DNA of 64,000 nucleotides. Source: Pseudomonadota bacterium (lineage in GTDB: Bacteria > Pseudomonadota > Gammaproteobacteria > Steroidobacterales > Steroidobacteraceae). The stretch covers positions 718 through 64,717 of the forward strand of contig JAJZDW010000023.1 in assembly GCA_021851405.1 (NCBI GenBank), read 5' to 3'. A model generated the notes under the pieces. It ran no database searches. It saw nothing but the letters and a program-made list of their open reading frames with translations, and had not been told where the DNA came from. Numbering within the stretch: the first letter of the stretch is position 1; each line of letters opens with the position of its first letter. Both the position numbers and the translations under genes were made by a program. Below, in pieces: positions 36,599 to 48,018 of the stretch.

Positions 36599-36992
36599 TC
36601 AAGTCGGAGCGCTCGGCGGGCTGCGGGCAGCCTCGGCGGCGCGGGCGGCTCGATCGGCGCGCCGCTGCGGCAGAAAGGCCTGGCGGCGCTCGAGGCGCTC
36701 GGCGCTCCAGTGCTCGCTCGGCTCGTAGAACTGCGCCCCGGCACAGCCGGCAGCGGGCGATGCGCTGCCCGGCGCCGCTCAGCGAGGGCGTATGGCCCCA
36801 TTCCGGCGCGGCGCGCAGATGCACCACCCGCTCGGACTCGATGCGCGCATTGAGCGCGAACGCCGCGCCGCTCTCGCGCTGGCGCCCGCGGCAGTGACAG
36901 CAGTGCACGATCGGTGGGCGGGTCGTCAGCCGGGAGCGGACCTCGCCGCAGTCGCAGCCGCCCTCGAGCGGAAACACCGTCGCGTGAGTCAT
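36599..36992 (-). pseudogene. GFA-family (glutathione-dependent formaldehyde-activating / CENP-V-like) gene with an apparent +1 frameshift
   Basis: The N-terminus carries GFA Cys motifs (GGCDCGEV...VHCCHCRGRQRESGAAF...IARCRLC). After about 36740 the annotated frame loses its GC3 bias. A shifted frame (GAQFYEPSEHWSAERLE..., stop at 36599) keeps high GC3. The total span is not a multiple of 3. Confidence 0.55.
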
Positions 36993-37050
36993 CTGGATCT
37001 CTCCCTCTGCACGGGACCGGGTGCGGGCCCGATGCCGACGGGTGCGCCGT

Positions 37051-37470
37051 CTACTTCAGCACCACCCACAATGGGCCGATGAGCAAGAACGTCAGATCCT
37101 GAAAGAATGTCGGGCGTCGTCCCTCGATCGCGTGCCCGACGAACTGGCCGATCCAGGCGACGATGAACAGCCCGAGCGCGACGGGCCTGAGCGGGAGGGC
37201 GGCAGGCCAGAGCGCAAGGATGAGCACACAGGCGGCGAGCTGCACGGCCATCGCGGCGGAAGCCTTGACGCCGAGGCGAAGGTAAAAAGGCGCCACCACG
37301 ATCATCACCAGGTAGGCGCTGCGCACCCCGGCGATCTCGACGCTCCAGAGCAGAGCGAGCAGGGCGAAGAGGATGGCCGGCACGCACACGGTGTGCACGG
37401 CGCGGTTGACCGGATGGCGATGCGCCTGCGCGTACTCCGTCAGCCATTGTTCGAGGGTTTTCGCGGCCAT
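37051..37470 (-). CDS. Mpo1-like (DUF962) membrane protein
   Basis: 139 aa with the pattern YAQAHRHPVNRAVHTVCVPAI ... AWIGQFVGHAIEGRRPTFFQDL. Confidence 0.75.
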   Translation of the reverse strand: MAAKTLEQWLTEYAQAHRHPVNRAVHTVCVPAILFALLALLWSVEIAGVRSAYLVMIVVAPFYLRLGVKASAAMAVQLAACVLILALWPAALPLRPVALGLFIVAWIGQFVGHAIEGRRPTFFQDLTFLLIGPLWVVLK

Positions 37471-37485
37471 GGCAGGCGGCCCGGA

Positions 37486-37995
37486 TCAATGCGGTGCGGC
37501 CAGTGCCGCCAGCGCACCGACCGTGTTGAGGTTACGCGCCGTCCCGGCTCTGGCGGCGGGAATGACCAGTGTGGAGGCGCCGATTCCGTCCGGATAGTGC
37601 ACGTAGATCTCGCGAGTGCCGCAGACGAGGCGCTCGTGCTTGCCGCCGCGGATGTCTTGAAGCGCTCCGGCCGGTGGCGGCGCCTCGAGGAAGATCGCCA
37701 CCGTGCGGCTCGGCGGCGCCTGCGGAAATGGGTTTGCGGCCCACACGGCGGTGAGCTGCGCCGCGGTGCGCACCTGCACGCCGATCGGCTGGCCGAAGTA
37801 GTCCTCGAGCTGGCGCATCAGGGCCTGGCGCACCCGGGACTCGCCGAGGCGGCACTCAAACAGGGCGTTGCCCGATGCGATGTAGGTTCGGGGGCGATCG
37901 AACCCGGCCGAACGACACATCTGAAGCAGCGCGGCCATCGGCAGCTTGTGGCCACCGACGTTGATCGCGCGGAGCAGGGCGACATAGGTGGGCAT
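37486..37995 (-). CDS. DUF1697 domain protein
   Basis: 169 aa from ATG 37995 with the signature MPTYVALLRAINVGGHKLPMAAL. The track ORF extension overlaps a tRNA and is rejected. Confidence 0.8.
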   Translation of the reverse strand: MPTYVALLRAINVGGHKLPMAALLQMCRSAGFDRPRTYIASGNALFECRLGESRVRQALMRQLEDYFGQPIGVQVRTAAQLTAVWAANPFPQAPPSRTVAIFLEAPPPAGALQDIRGGKHERLVCGTREIYVHYPDGIGASTLVIPAARAGTARNLNTVGALAALAAPH

Positions 37996-38051
37996 CGCTT
38001 CTCTCGGGCCCCGGGGAAGGGAGTGCGTCTGCCGCGTCGTGCAGCGGGATC

Positions 38052-38124
38052 TGGGCCCGGTAGGATTCGAACCTACGACCAAGGGATTATGAGTCCCCTG
38101 CACTAACCGCTGTGCTACAGGCCC
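38052..38124 (-). tRNA. tRNA with CAT anticodon (elongator Met, or Ile2 read via lysidine)
   Basis: 73-nt cloverleaf read by hand: GGGCCTG-TA-GCAC-AGCGGTTA-GTGC-A-GGGGA-CTCATAA-TCCCT-TGGTC-GTAGG-TTCGAAT-CCTAC-CGGGCCC-A. G1:C72 is paired, so it is not an initiator. CCA is not encoded. Confidence 0.85.
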
Positions 38125-38179
38125 GCGCGGGGCGCCATTCTAGCAGCGGCGCTGCGGCCCGGCGTGCGCCGCTGGCGCG

Positions 38180-38635
38180 CTAGGGCGCCAGGCAGCCGCT
38201 CAGCGGGGCCCTCGATTTGATCGTCTTCATGCACACGGTCGTCTCGATTCTCTGCACGCCCGGCATGCGGCTGATCTGCATGCGCAGCAGCTCATCGAGT
38301 GCAGCGATTTCCGTGACCAAAACGTGCATCAGGTAGTCCGCCTGCCCGGCCGTGGTGTAGCACTGCAGGACCGCGGGGTGATGCTCGGCGGCCGCTTCGA
38401 ACTCTGCATAGCGCGCCGAATCGATGCTCACGTACACGAACGCGTGCACCCGCAACCCGAGCTGCTCGGCGTCGAGTTCCGCCCGATAGCCGTGGATCAG
38501 CCCGCGGCGTTCCAGTTCGCGCACGCGCTGCCAGCAGGGCGTCTTCGACAAGCCCACGCGCTGGCCGAGCTCGGCGAACGAGATGCGCGCGTCCTGTTCG
38601 AGCGAGCGCACGATCTCCCGGTCGATCTTATCCAC
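38180..38635 (-). CDS. Lrp/AsnC family transcriptional regulator
   Basis: 151 aa from GTG 38635 (VDKIDREIVRSLEQDARISFAELGQRVGLSKTPCWQRVRELE) plus a RAM/AsnC C-terminal domain. Confidence 0.85.
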   Translation of the reverse strand: MDKIDREIVRSLEQDARISFAELGQRVGLSKTPCWQRVRELERRGLIHGYRAELDAEQLGLRVHAFVYVSIDSARYAEFEAAAEHHPAVLQCYTTAGQADYLMHVLVTEIAALDELLRMQISRMPGVQRIETTVCMKTIKSRAPLSGCLAP

Positions 38636-38755
38636 GATTGTTCTGCGGGATTGACTTTGATCAGGCGATCGTTCTACGCCTCTGCCGCAATGCAGTCCAC
38701 TCGTGCCGCAGGGTTCTCGGCTAGAATCCCTGCAGCTGAGGCACAGGAGCGGTCG

Positions 38756-39040
38756 ATGAACCAAGGGCGCACGAGCGAAGAGACCCTGCGCGAATTGCTG
38801 GCACGGGTGCACGAGCGGTTGAGCCAGAGTGGCTCGATCGATGCGGAGTCGCGCCAGATGCTCGGCGCGCTGGTCCAGGATATCGGCCGCGCCCTCGGCG
38901 AGGGGCCGGCGGAGAGCAGTTCGGTGCGCGGGCATGCCTCGCGTCTGGAGGGAGTGGCGGTGCGATTCCAGGCGGACCACCCGGCGCTTGCAGAAACGCT
39001 GCACCAGCTCACCGATGCGCTGGGGAAGTTCGGGATCTAG
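38756..39040 (+). CDS. DUF4404-like small protein
   Basis: 94 aa. ATG 38756 is preceded by AGGAG. The pattern is ELLARVHERLSQSGSIDAESRQMLGALVQDI...HPALAETLHQLTDALGKFGI. Confidence 0.65.
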   Translation: MNQGRTSEETLRELLARVHERLSQSGSIDAESRQMLGALVQDIGRALGEGPAESSSVRGHASRLEGVAVRFQADHPALAETLHQLTDALGKFGI

Positions 39041-39066
39041 CCGGCCGCGCAGGGTGCGCGGCCGGC
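39040..39066. terminator. GC hairpin between convergent genes (possible bidirectional terminator)
   Basis: Perfect 12-bp stem gccggccgcgca/tgcgcggccggc with a 3-nt loop, lying between the DUF4404 stop and the rpoD stop. There is no clear U-tract. Confidence 0.4.
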
Positions 39067-39073
39067 GGATCCA

Positions 39074-41152
<2,079 letters not shown>

Positions 41153-41272
41153 TGAATCTCGACGGAATTGGCGGGGGGCCCTTGACCCCCATGTGCTGGC
41201 AGGCGCGGGCAGACTCAAGGGGCGCCGAAATAAATTTACCTAGTGTATGAGGCTCGCGTGGCGTTCACAAGT

Positions 41273-43057
41273 TCACCGCCGCCCAGGCTTCCCGTTCCGA
41301 ACCGTCTTTCGTGATGTAAGCATCTGAAACTCCTTAAGTTCTTGAGCGCTCAACGGTCCGCTTCGACTCTTGGTCTCCAGCGCTCTGAGTCGCTGGTCGA
41401 CCTGAAGATCGACCAATCTCCCCAGCGCGGCCCGCAGCTCGACCGTAGCGGCGGCCTCGTCGTCGAGCACGGCCTCGCGCTCCAGCAGGCGCCCGAGGTG
41501 CTCTCCGCCCGGGCGGTCCCGCCAGCGCTCGATGACCTGTGCCGAGATCTGTAACGGCCGCGCGCGCAAATCATCGAGCAGTCCGCGCAGCAGCTCCGCG
41601 CCGGCCTCGGTGCACTCCTGCAGTTCGGCACACTCGGCGTCCGTGACCGTTCCGGCAATGCCCGGAAAACGCACCAGCCGGGCGAGCGCCTGACGGACCA
41701 GACTGCCGCGTCCAGCACTGTGCCGGGTTCGCGGGGGCGGCCGAGTGCTCGCGGGCGGGGGCGCAGGCGCCATGCCGTCCCGCCAGAGCGCCTCGAGGCG
41801 CTCGGCCGGCAGTCCCACCACTTCGGCCACCCGCGCGATCAACAGTTCCCGGTACACGCCGGCCGGGATTTTCCCGATCAGCGGCCGCGCCGCCTCGGCC
41901 AGGCGCGCCCGGCCGTCAGCGTGCGCGATATCCGTCTCGCTCGACAACTCCCGAACGAGGTACTCCGACAGCGGCAGCGCCCCGTCCAGGCGCTGCTCGA
42001 AGCCTGAGCGGCCCTCGGCGCCGACCAGGCTGTCCGGATCGTGCCCTTCGGGCAGGAACAGGAAGCGGATCTCCCGCCCCTCGCGCGCCTCCGGCAGAGC
42101 GTGCTGCAGCGCGCGCCACGCCGCGCCACGTCCGGCCCGATCGCCATCGAACGCGAACACCACTTCGCGCACCAACCGGAAGATGCGCTTCAGGTGCTCC
42201 GGCGTGGTCGAGGTGCCGAGCGTCGCGACGGCACAGGTGATGCCCGCCTGGTGCAGCCGGACCACGTCCATGTAGCCCTCGACGACCACCAGACGCTTCA
42301 GCGTTCCGCCGGCGATCCGCGATTCGTACAGCCCATACAGCTCGTGGCCCTTGTGAAATAGGGGCGTTTCCGGAGAATTCAAGTACTTGGGCTCGCCCCG
42401 ATCGAGGACGCGCCCCCCGAATGCAATCGTTCGGCCGCGGCTGTCGCGGATCGGAAACATGATCCGATCCCGAAAGCGATCGTAGTGCCCTTCGCCTCGA
42501 CCGCCGCTGCGCTCGATGATCAGCCCGCTCGCCGCGAGCGTGCGGCGGTCCGCCTCGCGCGTGCCGAAATGACTGAGCAGCGCATCCCAGGCGTCTGGGG
42601 CGTACCCGAGCGCAAAGCGCTGCACGGTCTCGGCCGTCAGGCCGCGCTGCGCGACGTACTGTCCGGCCCGGGCCGTCCCGGTGAGCGCCTGCGCGTAGAA
42701 CTGCGTCACTCGGCCCATGAGCTCGTAGAGGGGCGCATTCTGCGGATCCGGGCCACCGCCGCCGCCTTCGTGCGGAACGGTGAGCCCGAGCCGCCCGGCC
42801 AGATCCTCGATCGCCTCCGGGAAGCTCATGTGGTCGTATTCCATCAGGAAGCGCAGCGCCGTGCCGTGGGCGCCGCAGCCGAAGCAGTGGTAGAACTGCT
42901 TCTCGGGGCTGACCCAGAACGAGGCGCTCTTCTCGCTGTGGAACGGGCAGCAGGCCTTGTACTCGCGGCCCGCTTTGGTCAGCTGCACACGCGATCCGAC
43001 CACTTCCACGATGTCCGTGCGGGCGATCAGCTCGTCGATGAAGCTCTGAGGAATGAT
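41273..43057 (-). CDS. dnaG: DNA primase
   Basis: It has the zinc finger CCPFHSEKSASFWVSPEKQFYHCFGCGAHG and the TOPRIM motif VVVEGYMDV. The 5' end is set at ATC 43057 or ATT 43054 because the conserved IPQSFIDELIARTDI is encoded upstream of the first canonical start (GTG 43009). Confidence 0.85.
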   Translation of the reverse strand: MIPQSFIDELIARTDIVEVVGSRVQLTKAGREYKACCPFHSEKSASFWVSPEKQFYHCFGCGAHGTALRFLMEYDHMSFPEAIEDLAGRLGLTVPHEGGGGGPDPQNAPLYELMGRVTQFYAQALTGTARAGQYVAQRGLTAETVQRFALGYAPDAWDALLSHFGTREADRRTLAASGLIIERSGGRGEGHYDRFRDRIMFPIRDSRGRTIAFGGRVLDRGEPKYLNSPETPLFHKGHELYGLYESRIAGGTLKRLVVVEGYMDVVRLHQAGITCAVATLGTSTTPEHLKRIFRLVREVVFAFDGDRAGRGAAWRALQHALPEAREGREIRFLFLPEGHDPDSLVGAEGRSGFEQRLDGALPLSEYLVRELSSETDIAHADGRARLAEAARPLIGKIPAGVYRELLIARVAEVVGLPAERLEALWRDGMAPAPPPASTRPPPRTRHSAGRGSLVRQALARLVRFPGIAGTVTDAECAELQECTEAGAELLRGLLDDLRARPLQISAQVIERWRDRPGGEHLGRLLEREAVLDDEAAATVELRAALGRLVDLQVDQRLRALETKSRSGPLSAQELKEFQMLTSRKTVRNGKPGRR

Positions 43058-43066
43058 AGGGGCTGA

Positions 43067-43522
43067 CTACCCCGGCAGACGGCCCAGCCGATCGCGCACC
43101 AGAGCGCTGACGGCGCTCATATCGGCGCGGCCCTGGGCCTGGGACTTGATCACCGTCATCACCTTGCCCATGTCCTTCGGCGAGGTGGCGCCGCTCGAGG
43201 CGATCGCCTGGTCGATCAACGCCTCGATCTGCGCCCCGGTCATCTGCGCTGGCAGATAGGCCTCGATCACCGTGATCTCGGCACTTTCCTTGGCGACCAG
43301 GTCGCTGCGCCCGCCGCTGGCGAACTGCACGATGGCTTCCTTGCGCTGCTTGATCATCTTCTCAAGGACCGCGAGCACCTGAGTGTCATCGAGCATCACC
43401 CGCTCGTCGACCTCACGCTGCTTGATCGCAGCGAGTGCCATGCGGATGGTGGCGAGACGCTCCTTCTCGCCCGAGCGCATCGCGCTCTTCATGTCCTCGG
43501 TGATGCGTTCCTTGAGCGGCAT
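43067..43522 (-). CDS. GatB/YqeY domain protein
   Basis: 151 aa with the YqeY pattern MPLKERITEDMKSAMRSGEKERLATIRMALAAIKQREVD ... DMGKVMTVIK. Confidence 0.85.
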   Translation of the reverse strand: MPLKERITEDMKSAMRSGEKERLATIRMALAAIKQREVDERVMLDDTQVLAVLEKMIKQRKEAIVQFASGGRSDLVAKESAEITVIEAYLPAQMTGAQIEALIDQAIASSGATSPKDMGKVMTVIKSQAQGRADMSAVSALVRDRLGRLPG

Positions 43523-43532
43523 CGCACAGGCC

Positions 43533-43742
43533 TCAGCGCGCGGCGCGCATGCCCTCGCGCGACACGCGCTTCATGTGCCGCTTCACGGCGGCCGCTTTCT
43601 TGCGTTTCCGCTCCTGGGTCGGCTTCTCGTAGAATTCACGTCGACGCAGTTCGGTGAGGATGCCGGCCTTCTCGCAGGCGCGCTTGAAACGCCGTAGGGC
43701 GGCATCGAAATATTCGTTCTCGCGGATACGGACGCTCGGCAT
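43533..43742 (-). CDS. rpsU: 30S ribosomal protein S21
   Basis: 69 aa from ATG 43742 ([48 protein letters not shown]). Confidence 0.95.
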   Translation of the reverse strand: MPSVRIRENEYFDAALRRFKRACEKAGILTELRRREFYEKPTQERKRKKAAAVKRHMKRVSREGMRAAR

Positions 43743-43991
43743 CGAAACCTCTACAGACAGTTGGGGGCCGGCGCCGCATCCCGCCTCGAGCGCCGAAAGC
43801 GCGCTGCAGCGGACAGAGAGCCGGGTCAAATGGGCCGGCAATTCTAGTAGAGGCCACTGGTAAAGGCAAAATTAGCGCATCGACCCCGCGGATCCGCGGT
43901 CCGCGGTGCCCGCCGCCGGGCGGCAGTCGATGCGGGCGGCGCGGGCGGTCCACCCCTGGTGGAGCGACATTATCCTTTTAGAGTCAATAGC

Positions 43992-45023
43992 ATGCGTGTT
44001 CTTGCGATCGAATCCTCCTGTGACGAGAGTGCCGCGGCTGTCCTGGATGAGTCCGACGGGTTGCTGGCGCACGAGCTGTACAGCCAGATCGCCCTGCACC
44101 GCGCCTACGGCGGGGTCGTGCCGGAATTGGCCTCGCGCGATCACGTGCGTAAGCTCCTGCCGCTGGTCGAACGGGCGCTCGCCGCAGCACACACCGCGCC
44201 GCAGGCACTCGCCGGGATTGCCTACACGGCAGGCCCCGGGCTGATCGGGGCGCTGCTGACGGGCGCGGCGCTGGCGCGTAGCCTCGCGTACGCCTGGGAT
44301 GTGCCGGCCGTCGGCGTGCATCATCTCGAGGGACATCTGCTCGCGCCGCTGCTCGAGCCGCAGCCGCCGCCGTTCCCGCACGTGGCGTTGCTGGTCTCCG
44401 GCGGTCACACGCAGCTGATCGAAGTGCGCGGCATCGGTCGCTACCGCGTGCTCGGGGACACGCGCGACGATGCCGCCGGCGAGGCCTTCGACAAGACGGC
44501 CAAGCTCCTCGGTCTGCCCTACCCGGGCGGGCCGGAGCTCTCGCGCCTGGCGACGCAGGGAATCTCGGGGGCGTTTCATTTTCCCCGGCCGATGCTCGAT
44601 CGGCCCGGCCTCGAGTTCAGCTTCTCCGGATTGAAGACCGCCGTGCTGCACACCCTGCGCGGCCGCGAACTCGATGCGCGCACCAAGGCCGATGTGGCTC
44701 GGGCCGTCGAGGAGGCGATCGTCGAGACGCTCACCGTCAAGGCCGAACGCGCCCTTGAGCAGAGCGGCTTCGACGCGCTGGTGGTTTCCGGGGGCGTCAG
44801 CGCCAATCTCCCACTGCGTGCGGCGCTCTCAAACGCTGCCGCCCGTCACGGCGCGCGCGTGTACTATCCGCGCATCGAATTCTGCACCGACAACGCGGCG
44901 ATGATCGCGGTGGCCGGCCTGCATCGGCTGCGCGCCGGGGAGCGTCAGGGGCTCGCCATCGAGGCGCGCGCCCAATGGTCGCTGGAGTCGCTCGCACCCG
45001 TCGGCGCCGAGACCCACGCGTGA
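43992..45023 (+). CDS. tsaD: tRNA N6-adenosine threonylcarbamoyltransferase
   Basis: 343 aa from ATG 43992 with [30 protein letters not shown] and SGGVSAN. It is divergent from rpsU, as in many proteobacteria. Confidence 0.9.
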   Translation: MRVLAIESSCDESAAAVLDESDGLLAHELYSQIALHRAYGGVVPELASRDHVRKLLPLVERALAAAHTAPQALAGIAYTAGPGLIGALLTGAALARSLAYAWDVPAVGVHHLEGHLLAPLLEPQPPPFPHVALLVSGGHTQLIEVRGIGRYRVLGDTRDDAAGEAFDKTAKLLGLPYPGGPELSRLATQGISGAFHFPRPMLDRPGLEFSFSGLKTAVLHTLRGRELDARTKADVARAVEEAIVETLTVKAERALEQSGFDALVVSGGVSANLPLRAALSNAAARHGARVYYPRIEFCTDNAAMIAVAGLHRLRAGERQGLAIEARAQWSLESLAPVGAETHA

Positions 45024-45081
45024 GCCGGCCGAGCCGCGCGGCGCGCCGGGCGTGAACGGATTGGAAGGGGACCGAACAGAC

Positions 45082-45465
45082 ATGACCGAGACGGCGCTTT
45101 GCGGGGACCGGATCTTCCTGCGCGGACTGACCGCCGAGTGCATCATCGGCTTCATCGACTGGGAACGGCGGGTCAAGCAGACGGTGGTGATCGATCTGGA
45201 GCTGCCCGTCGACTGCGCGCGGGCCGCCGCGTCGGATGAAGTGGCCGACACCGTCGATTACAAGCAGATCGCCAAGCGGGTGTTGGCCTTCATCGAGGCC
45301 TCCGAGTTCAAGCTGGTCGAGACCCTGGCACACCGCCTGGCGCTGCTGCTGCTCGAGGAGTTCGCGCTGCAGTGGGTCCGGCTGTCGCTGAACAAGCCGG
45401 GCGCGATCCGCAACTCCCGCGACGTCGGCGTGACGATCGAGCGCCGGCGCGTCGCGGCGACCTGA
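45082..45465 (+). CDS. folB: dihydroneopterin aldolase
   Basis: 127 aa from ATG 45082, with GGAAGGGG upstream. The pattern is DRIFLRGLTAECIIGFIDWERRVKQTVVIDLEL...VDYKQIAKRV. Confidence 0.8.
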   Translation: MTETALCGDRIFLRGLTAECIIGFIDWERRVKQTVVIDLELPVDCARAAASDEVADTVDYKQIAKRVLAFIEASEFKLVETLAHRLALLLLEEFALQWVRLSLNKPGAIRNSRDVGVTIERRRVAAT

Positions 45466-45474
45466 GGCGCTCCG

Positions 45475-45981
45475 ATGCCCGAGGTCTATGTCGCGGCCGG
45501 CAGCAACGTCGAACCGCACGAGCATCTCGCGCGGGCGGCGCGCGAACTGGCCGGCGCATTTCCCGGGACCCGCTGTTCGGCCTGGTATCGCAATCGCGCG
45601 GTCGGGTTCGAGGGCGAGGATTTCATCAATTTCGTGGCCGGCTTCAGCACCGAGCAGCCGCTCGAGGCCGTGATCGAGCGTCTGCAGGCCATCGAGGGTC
45701 TCTGCGGGCGCACGCGCAGTGCGCCGCGCTGGGCGCCGCGCAGCATGGATCTGGACATTCTGCTCTACGGTGCGCAGGTGCTCGACACCCCGGCCGTGCG
45801 CCTGCCGCGGCCGGATCTGCTCAAGCGCGCCTACATGCTCGGGCCGCTCGCCGAACTGGCGCCCGAGCTGATCCATCCGACCGCCGGGGCGAGCATCGGG
45901 GCGCTGTGGCGCCAGTTCGATCAGGCCGCCCACCCCCTGATCCGGGTTTCCTCGTCCGGCGCGGACGAGGGCGGGAGGTAG
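45475..45981 (+). CDS. folK: 2-amino-4-hydroxy-6-hydroxymethyldihydropteridine diphosphokinase
   Basis: 168 aa with the HPPK pattern YVAAGSN...WYRNRAVG...RWAPRSMDLDILLYG...LPRPDLLKRAYML. Confidence 0.85.
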   Translation: MPEVYVAAGSNVEPHEHLARAARELAGAFPGTRCSAWYRNRAVGFEGEDFINFVAGFSTEQPLEAVIERLQAIEGLCGRTRSAPRWAPRSMDLDILLYGAQVLDTPAVRLPRPDLLKRAYMLGPLAELAPELIHPTAGASIGALWRQFDQAAHPLIRVSSSGADEGGR

Positions 45982-46033
45982 GCGAGCCATGCGCAGTGCG
46001 CCCGTCGCAGGCCGCTGGCGCGCATGCGCCGTG

Positions 46034-46804
46034 CTACCAGGCGATGCTGCGCCCGCCGTCCACGGCGAGGACCTGACCGGTGACGAACGGTGCATCGCAG
46101 GCGAAGAAGCGCACCGCGCGCGCGATGTCCTGCGGCGTGCCGCTGCGCTTCAGCGCGGTCCGCTCGATGATGTGCTGGCGCAGCGGCTCCTCGACGCCGC
46201 TCTCCGGCCAGAGCACCGGTCCGGGGGCGATTGCGTTGACCCGCACGTGCGGGCCGAGCTCGCGCGCCAGCGACTTCGTCAGCATGATCAGGCCGGCCTT
46301 GGCCACGCTGTACACCGGGTGGTGGCGCAGAGGACGCATCCCGTGGATGTCCGTGAGGTTCACGATCAGACCGCCGCGCTCGCTCAGCGCCGCGCGGGTG
46401 GCTTGGGCGAGGAACAGCGGAGCCTTCAAATTGGTGCCGATCAGATCGCTCCAGACCCGCTCGTCGATCTGTCCCATCGGGGTGGGATAAAACGTCGAGG
46501 CGTTGTTCACCAGGATGTCGAGTCGGCCGAAGGCCGACACCGCGGCGGCGGCGAGCTGCTCGAGCGATTGAAGATCGAGGAGGTCCCCGGACACGAGTGC
46601 CGCCGAGTGCGGCCGCGTCGCATTCAACTGTGCGGCGAGTGCGCCGGCCGATTCCGCCGAACTGTGGTAGTGCAGCACGATCCGTGCGCCGGCGGCATGC
46701 AGCGTGCGCGCGATGAGCGCGCCGAGGCGGCGCGCGCCGCCGGTCACCAGAACCGCTTGGTCCGCGAGCGGACCGGGTGCGTGGGCGTCGTCGGGTGGCG
46801 TCAT
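46034..46804 (-). CDS. SDR-family pteridine reductase-like oxidoreductase
   Basis: 256 aa with VLVTGGARRLG, NNAS and the catalytic YSVAKAG (YxxxK). It is convergent with folK. Confidence 0.75.
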   Translation of the reverse strand: MTPPDDAHAPGPLADQAVLVTGGARRLGALIARTLHAAGARIVLHYHSSAESAGALAAQLNATRPHSAALVSGDLLDLQSLEQLAAAAVSAFGRLDILVNNASTFYPTPMGQIDERVWSDLIGTNLKAPLFLAQATRAALSERGGLIVNLTDIHGMRPLRHHPVYSVAKAGLIMLTKSLARELGPHVRVNAIAPGPVLWPESGVEEPLRQHIIERTALKRSGTPQDIARAVRFFACDAPFVTGQVLAVDGGRSIAW

Positions 46805-46821
46805 GTGCGTAGGCTCGATCG

Positions 46822-47997
46822 ATGAGGACGGCAGACTCCATTATGGCCCCGCCGCTGTCGGCGGAAGAAGTGGCCCATTGCGAGGCACTCACCGCACATC
46901 TCGCCGCTGAGGTGCGTGCCGGTGGCGGCTGGTTGTCGTTCGAGCGCTTCATGGCACTCGCTCTGTACGCGCCGGGACTCGGCTACTACAGCGCCGGCAG
47001 CGTCAAGATCGGCGCGGGCGGGGATTTCGTCACGGCACCACAGCTGTCGGACCTGTTCAGCCGCTGCGTGGCCGCGCAGTGCGCCGAGGTGCTCGCCGAG
47101 GGCGGGGAGATCCTGGAGTTCGGGGCCGGCACCGGGCGCATGGCCGCCGCGGTGCTCACCGAGCTCGCGGCCCTAGGCCGCCTGCCGCACCGCTACGCGA
47201 TCCTGGAGGTCAGTGCGGATCTGGCGCAGCGGCAGCGGCGGTGCATCGGGGCGCTGCCCGCGCCGCTCGCCGAGCGTGTGGTGTGGCTCGAGCGGTTGCC
47301 GCAGCGGCCCATACAGGGCGTGATCCTCGCCAATGAGGTGCTCGATGCGCTGCCCTGTCGCAGGTTCGTCCTCGAAGCGGGCACACCGCGTGAGCTCGGC
47401 GTGGCGCTGAGCGGCGGGCGCTTGGTCGAGCGCGCCGCGCCGGCGGAGGCCGCGCTCGCGCAGGAGTGGGCTCGGCTCAGCGCGCAATTGCCGGCGCCGC
47501 TGGCCGACGGGTACGTGTCGGAGATCTGTCTACAGGCCGGGCCCTGGGTGGCGAGCGCTGCGGATGTGCTCGAGCGCGGCATGATGCTGCTCTTTGATTA
47601 TGGTCTGCCGCGGGCGCATTACTACCACCCGCAGCGCGTTGCAGGCACGTTGCGCTGTCACTACAAACACCGAGTGCACGATGACCCGTATGTGAATCTC
47701 GGCGTACAGGACATTACCGCGTGGGTCGAGTTCACGCGGGTCGCGGAAAGTGCCGTCGACGCCGGGCTCGAGGTGGCGGGATTCGCGACGCAGGCGGCTT
47801 TCCTGCTCGGCACGGGGATCGAGCGTCTGGTGGGCGAAGCGGGCGATGTGCTCGAGCGCGCGCGCCGCGCGGGCGAGGCGCGCCGCCTGTTGCTGCCGGG
47901 GGAGATGGGCGAGGCGTTCAAAGTCATGGCACTGACTCGCGCGTGCGATGCGCCGCTACCGGGGTTTGCCCTGCAGGACCTGCGCGACTCGCTTTGA
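46822..47997 (+). CDS. class I SAM-dependent methyltransferase (DUF185 / NDUFAF7-like)
   Basis: 391 aa with the pattern FERFMALALYAPGLGYYS...GDFVTAPQLSDLF...ILEFGAGTGRMA. Confidence 0.75.
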   Translation: MRTADSIMAPPLSAEEVAHCEALTAHLAAEVRAGGGWLSFERFMALALYAPGLGYYSAGSVKIGAGGDFVTAPQLSDLFSRCVAAQCAEVLAEGGEILEFGAGTGRMAAAVLTELAALGRLPHRYAILEVSADLAQRQRRCIGALPAPLAERVVWLERLPQRPIQGVILANEVLDALPCRRFVLEAGTPRELGVALSGGRLVERAAPAEAALAQEWARLSAQLPAPLADGYVSEICLQAGPWVASAADVLERGMMLLFDYGLPRAHYYHPQRVAGTLRCHYKHRVHDDPYVNLGVQDITAWVEFTRVAESAVDAGLEVAGFATQAAFLLGTGIERLVGEAGDVLERARRAGEARRLLLPGEMGEAFKVMALTRACDAPLPGFALQDLRDSL

Positions 47998-48018
47998 GCG
48001 GCGCACTCGGTGCCCGCA

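Noticed and set aside
37996-38103. N-terminal extension of the DUF1697 ORF (MQGTHNPLVVGSNPTG...)
   Set aside because: This is a translation of the tRNA(CAT) gene. The family signature MPTYVALLRAINVGG starts at 37995.
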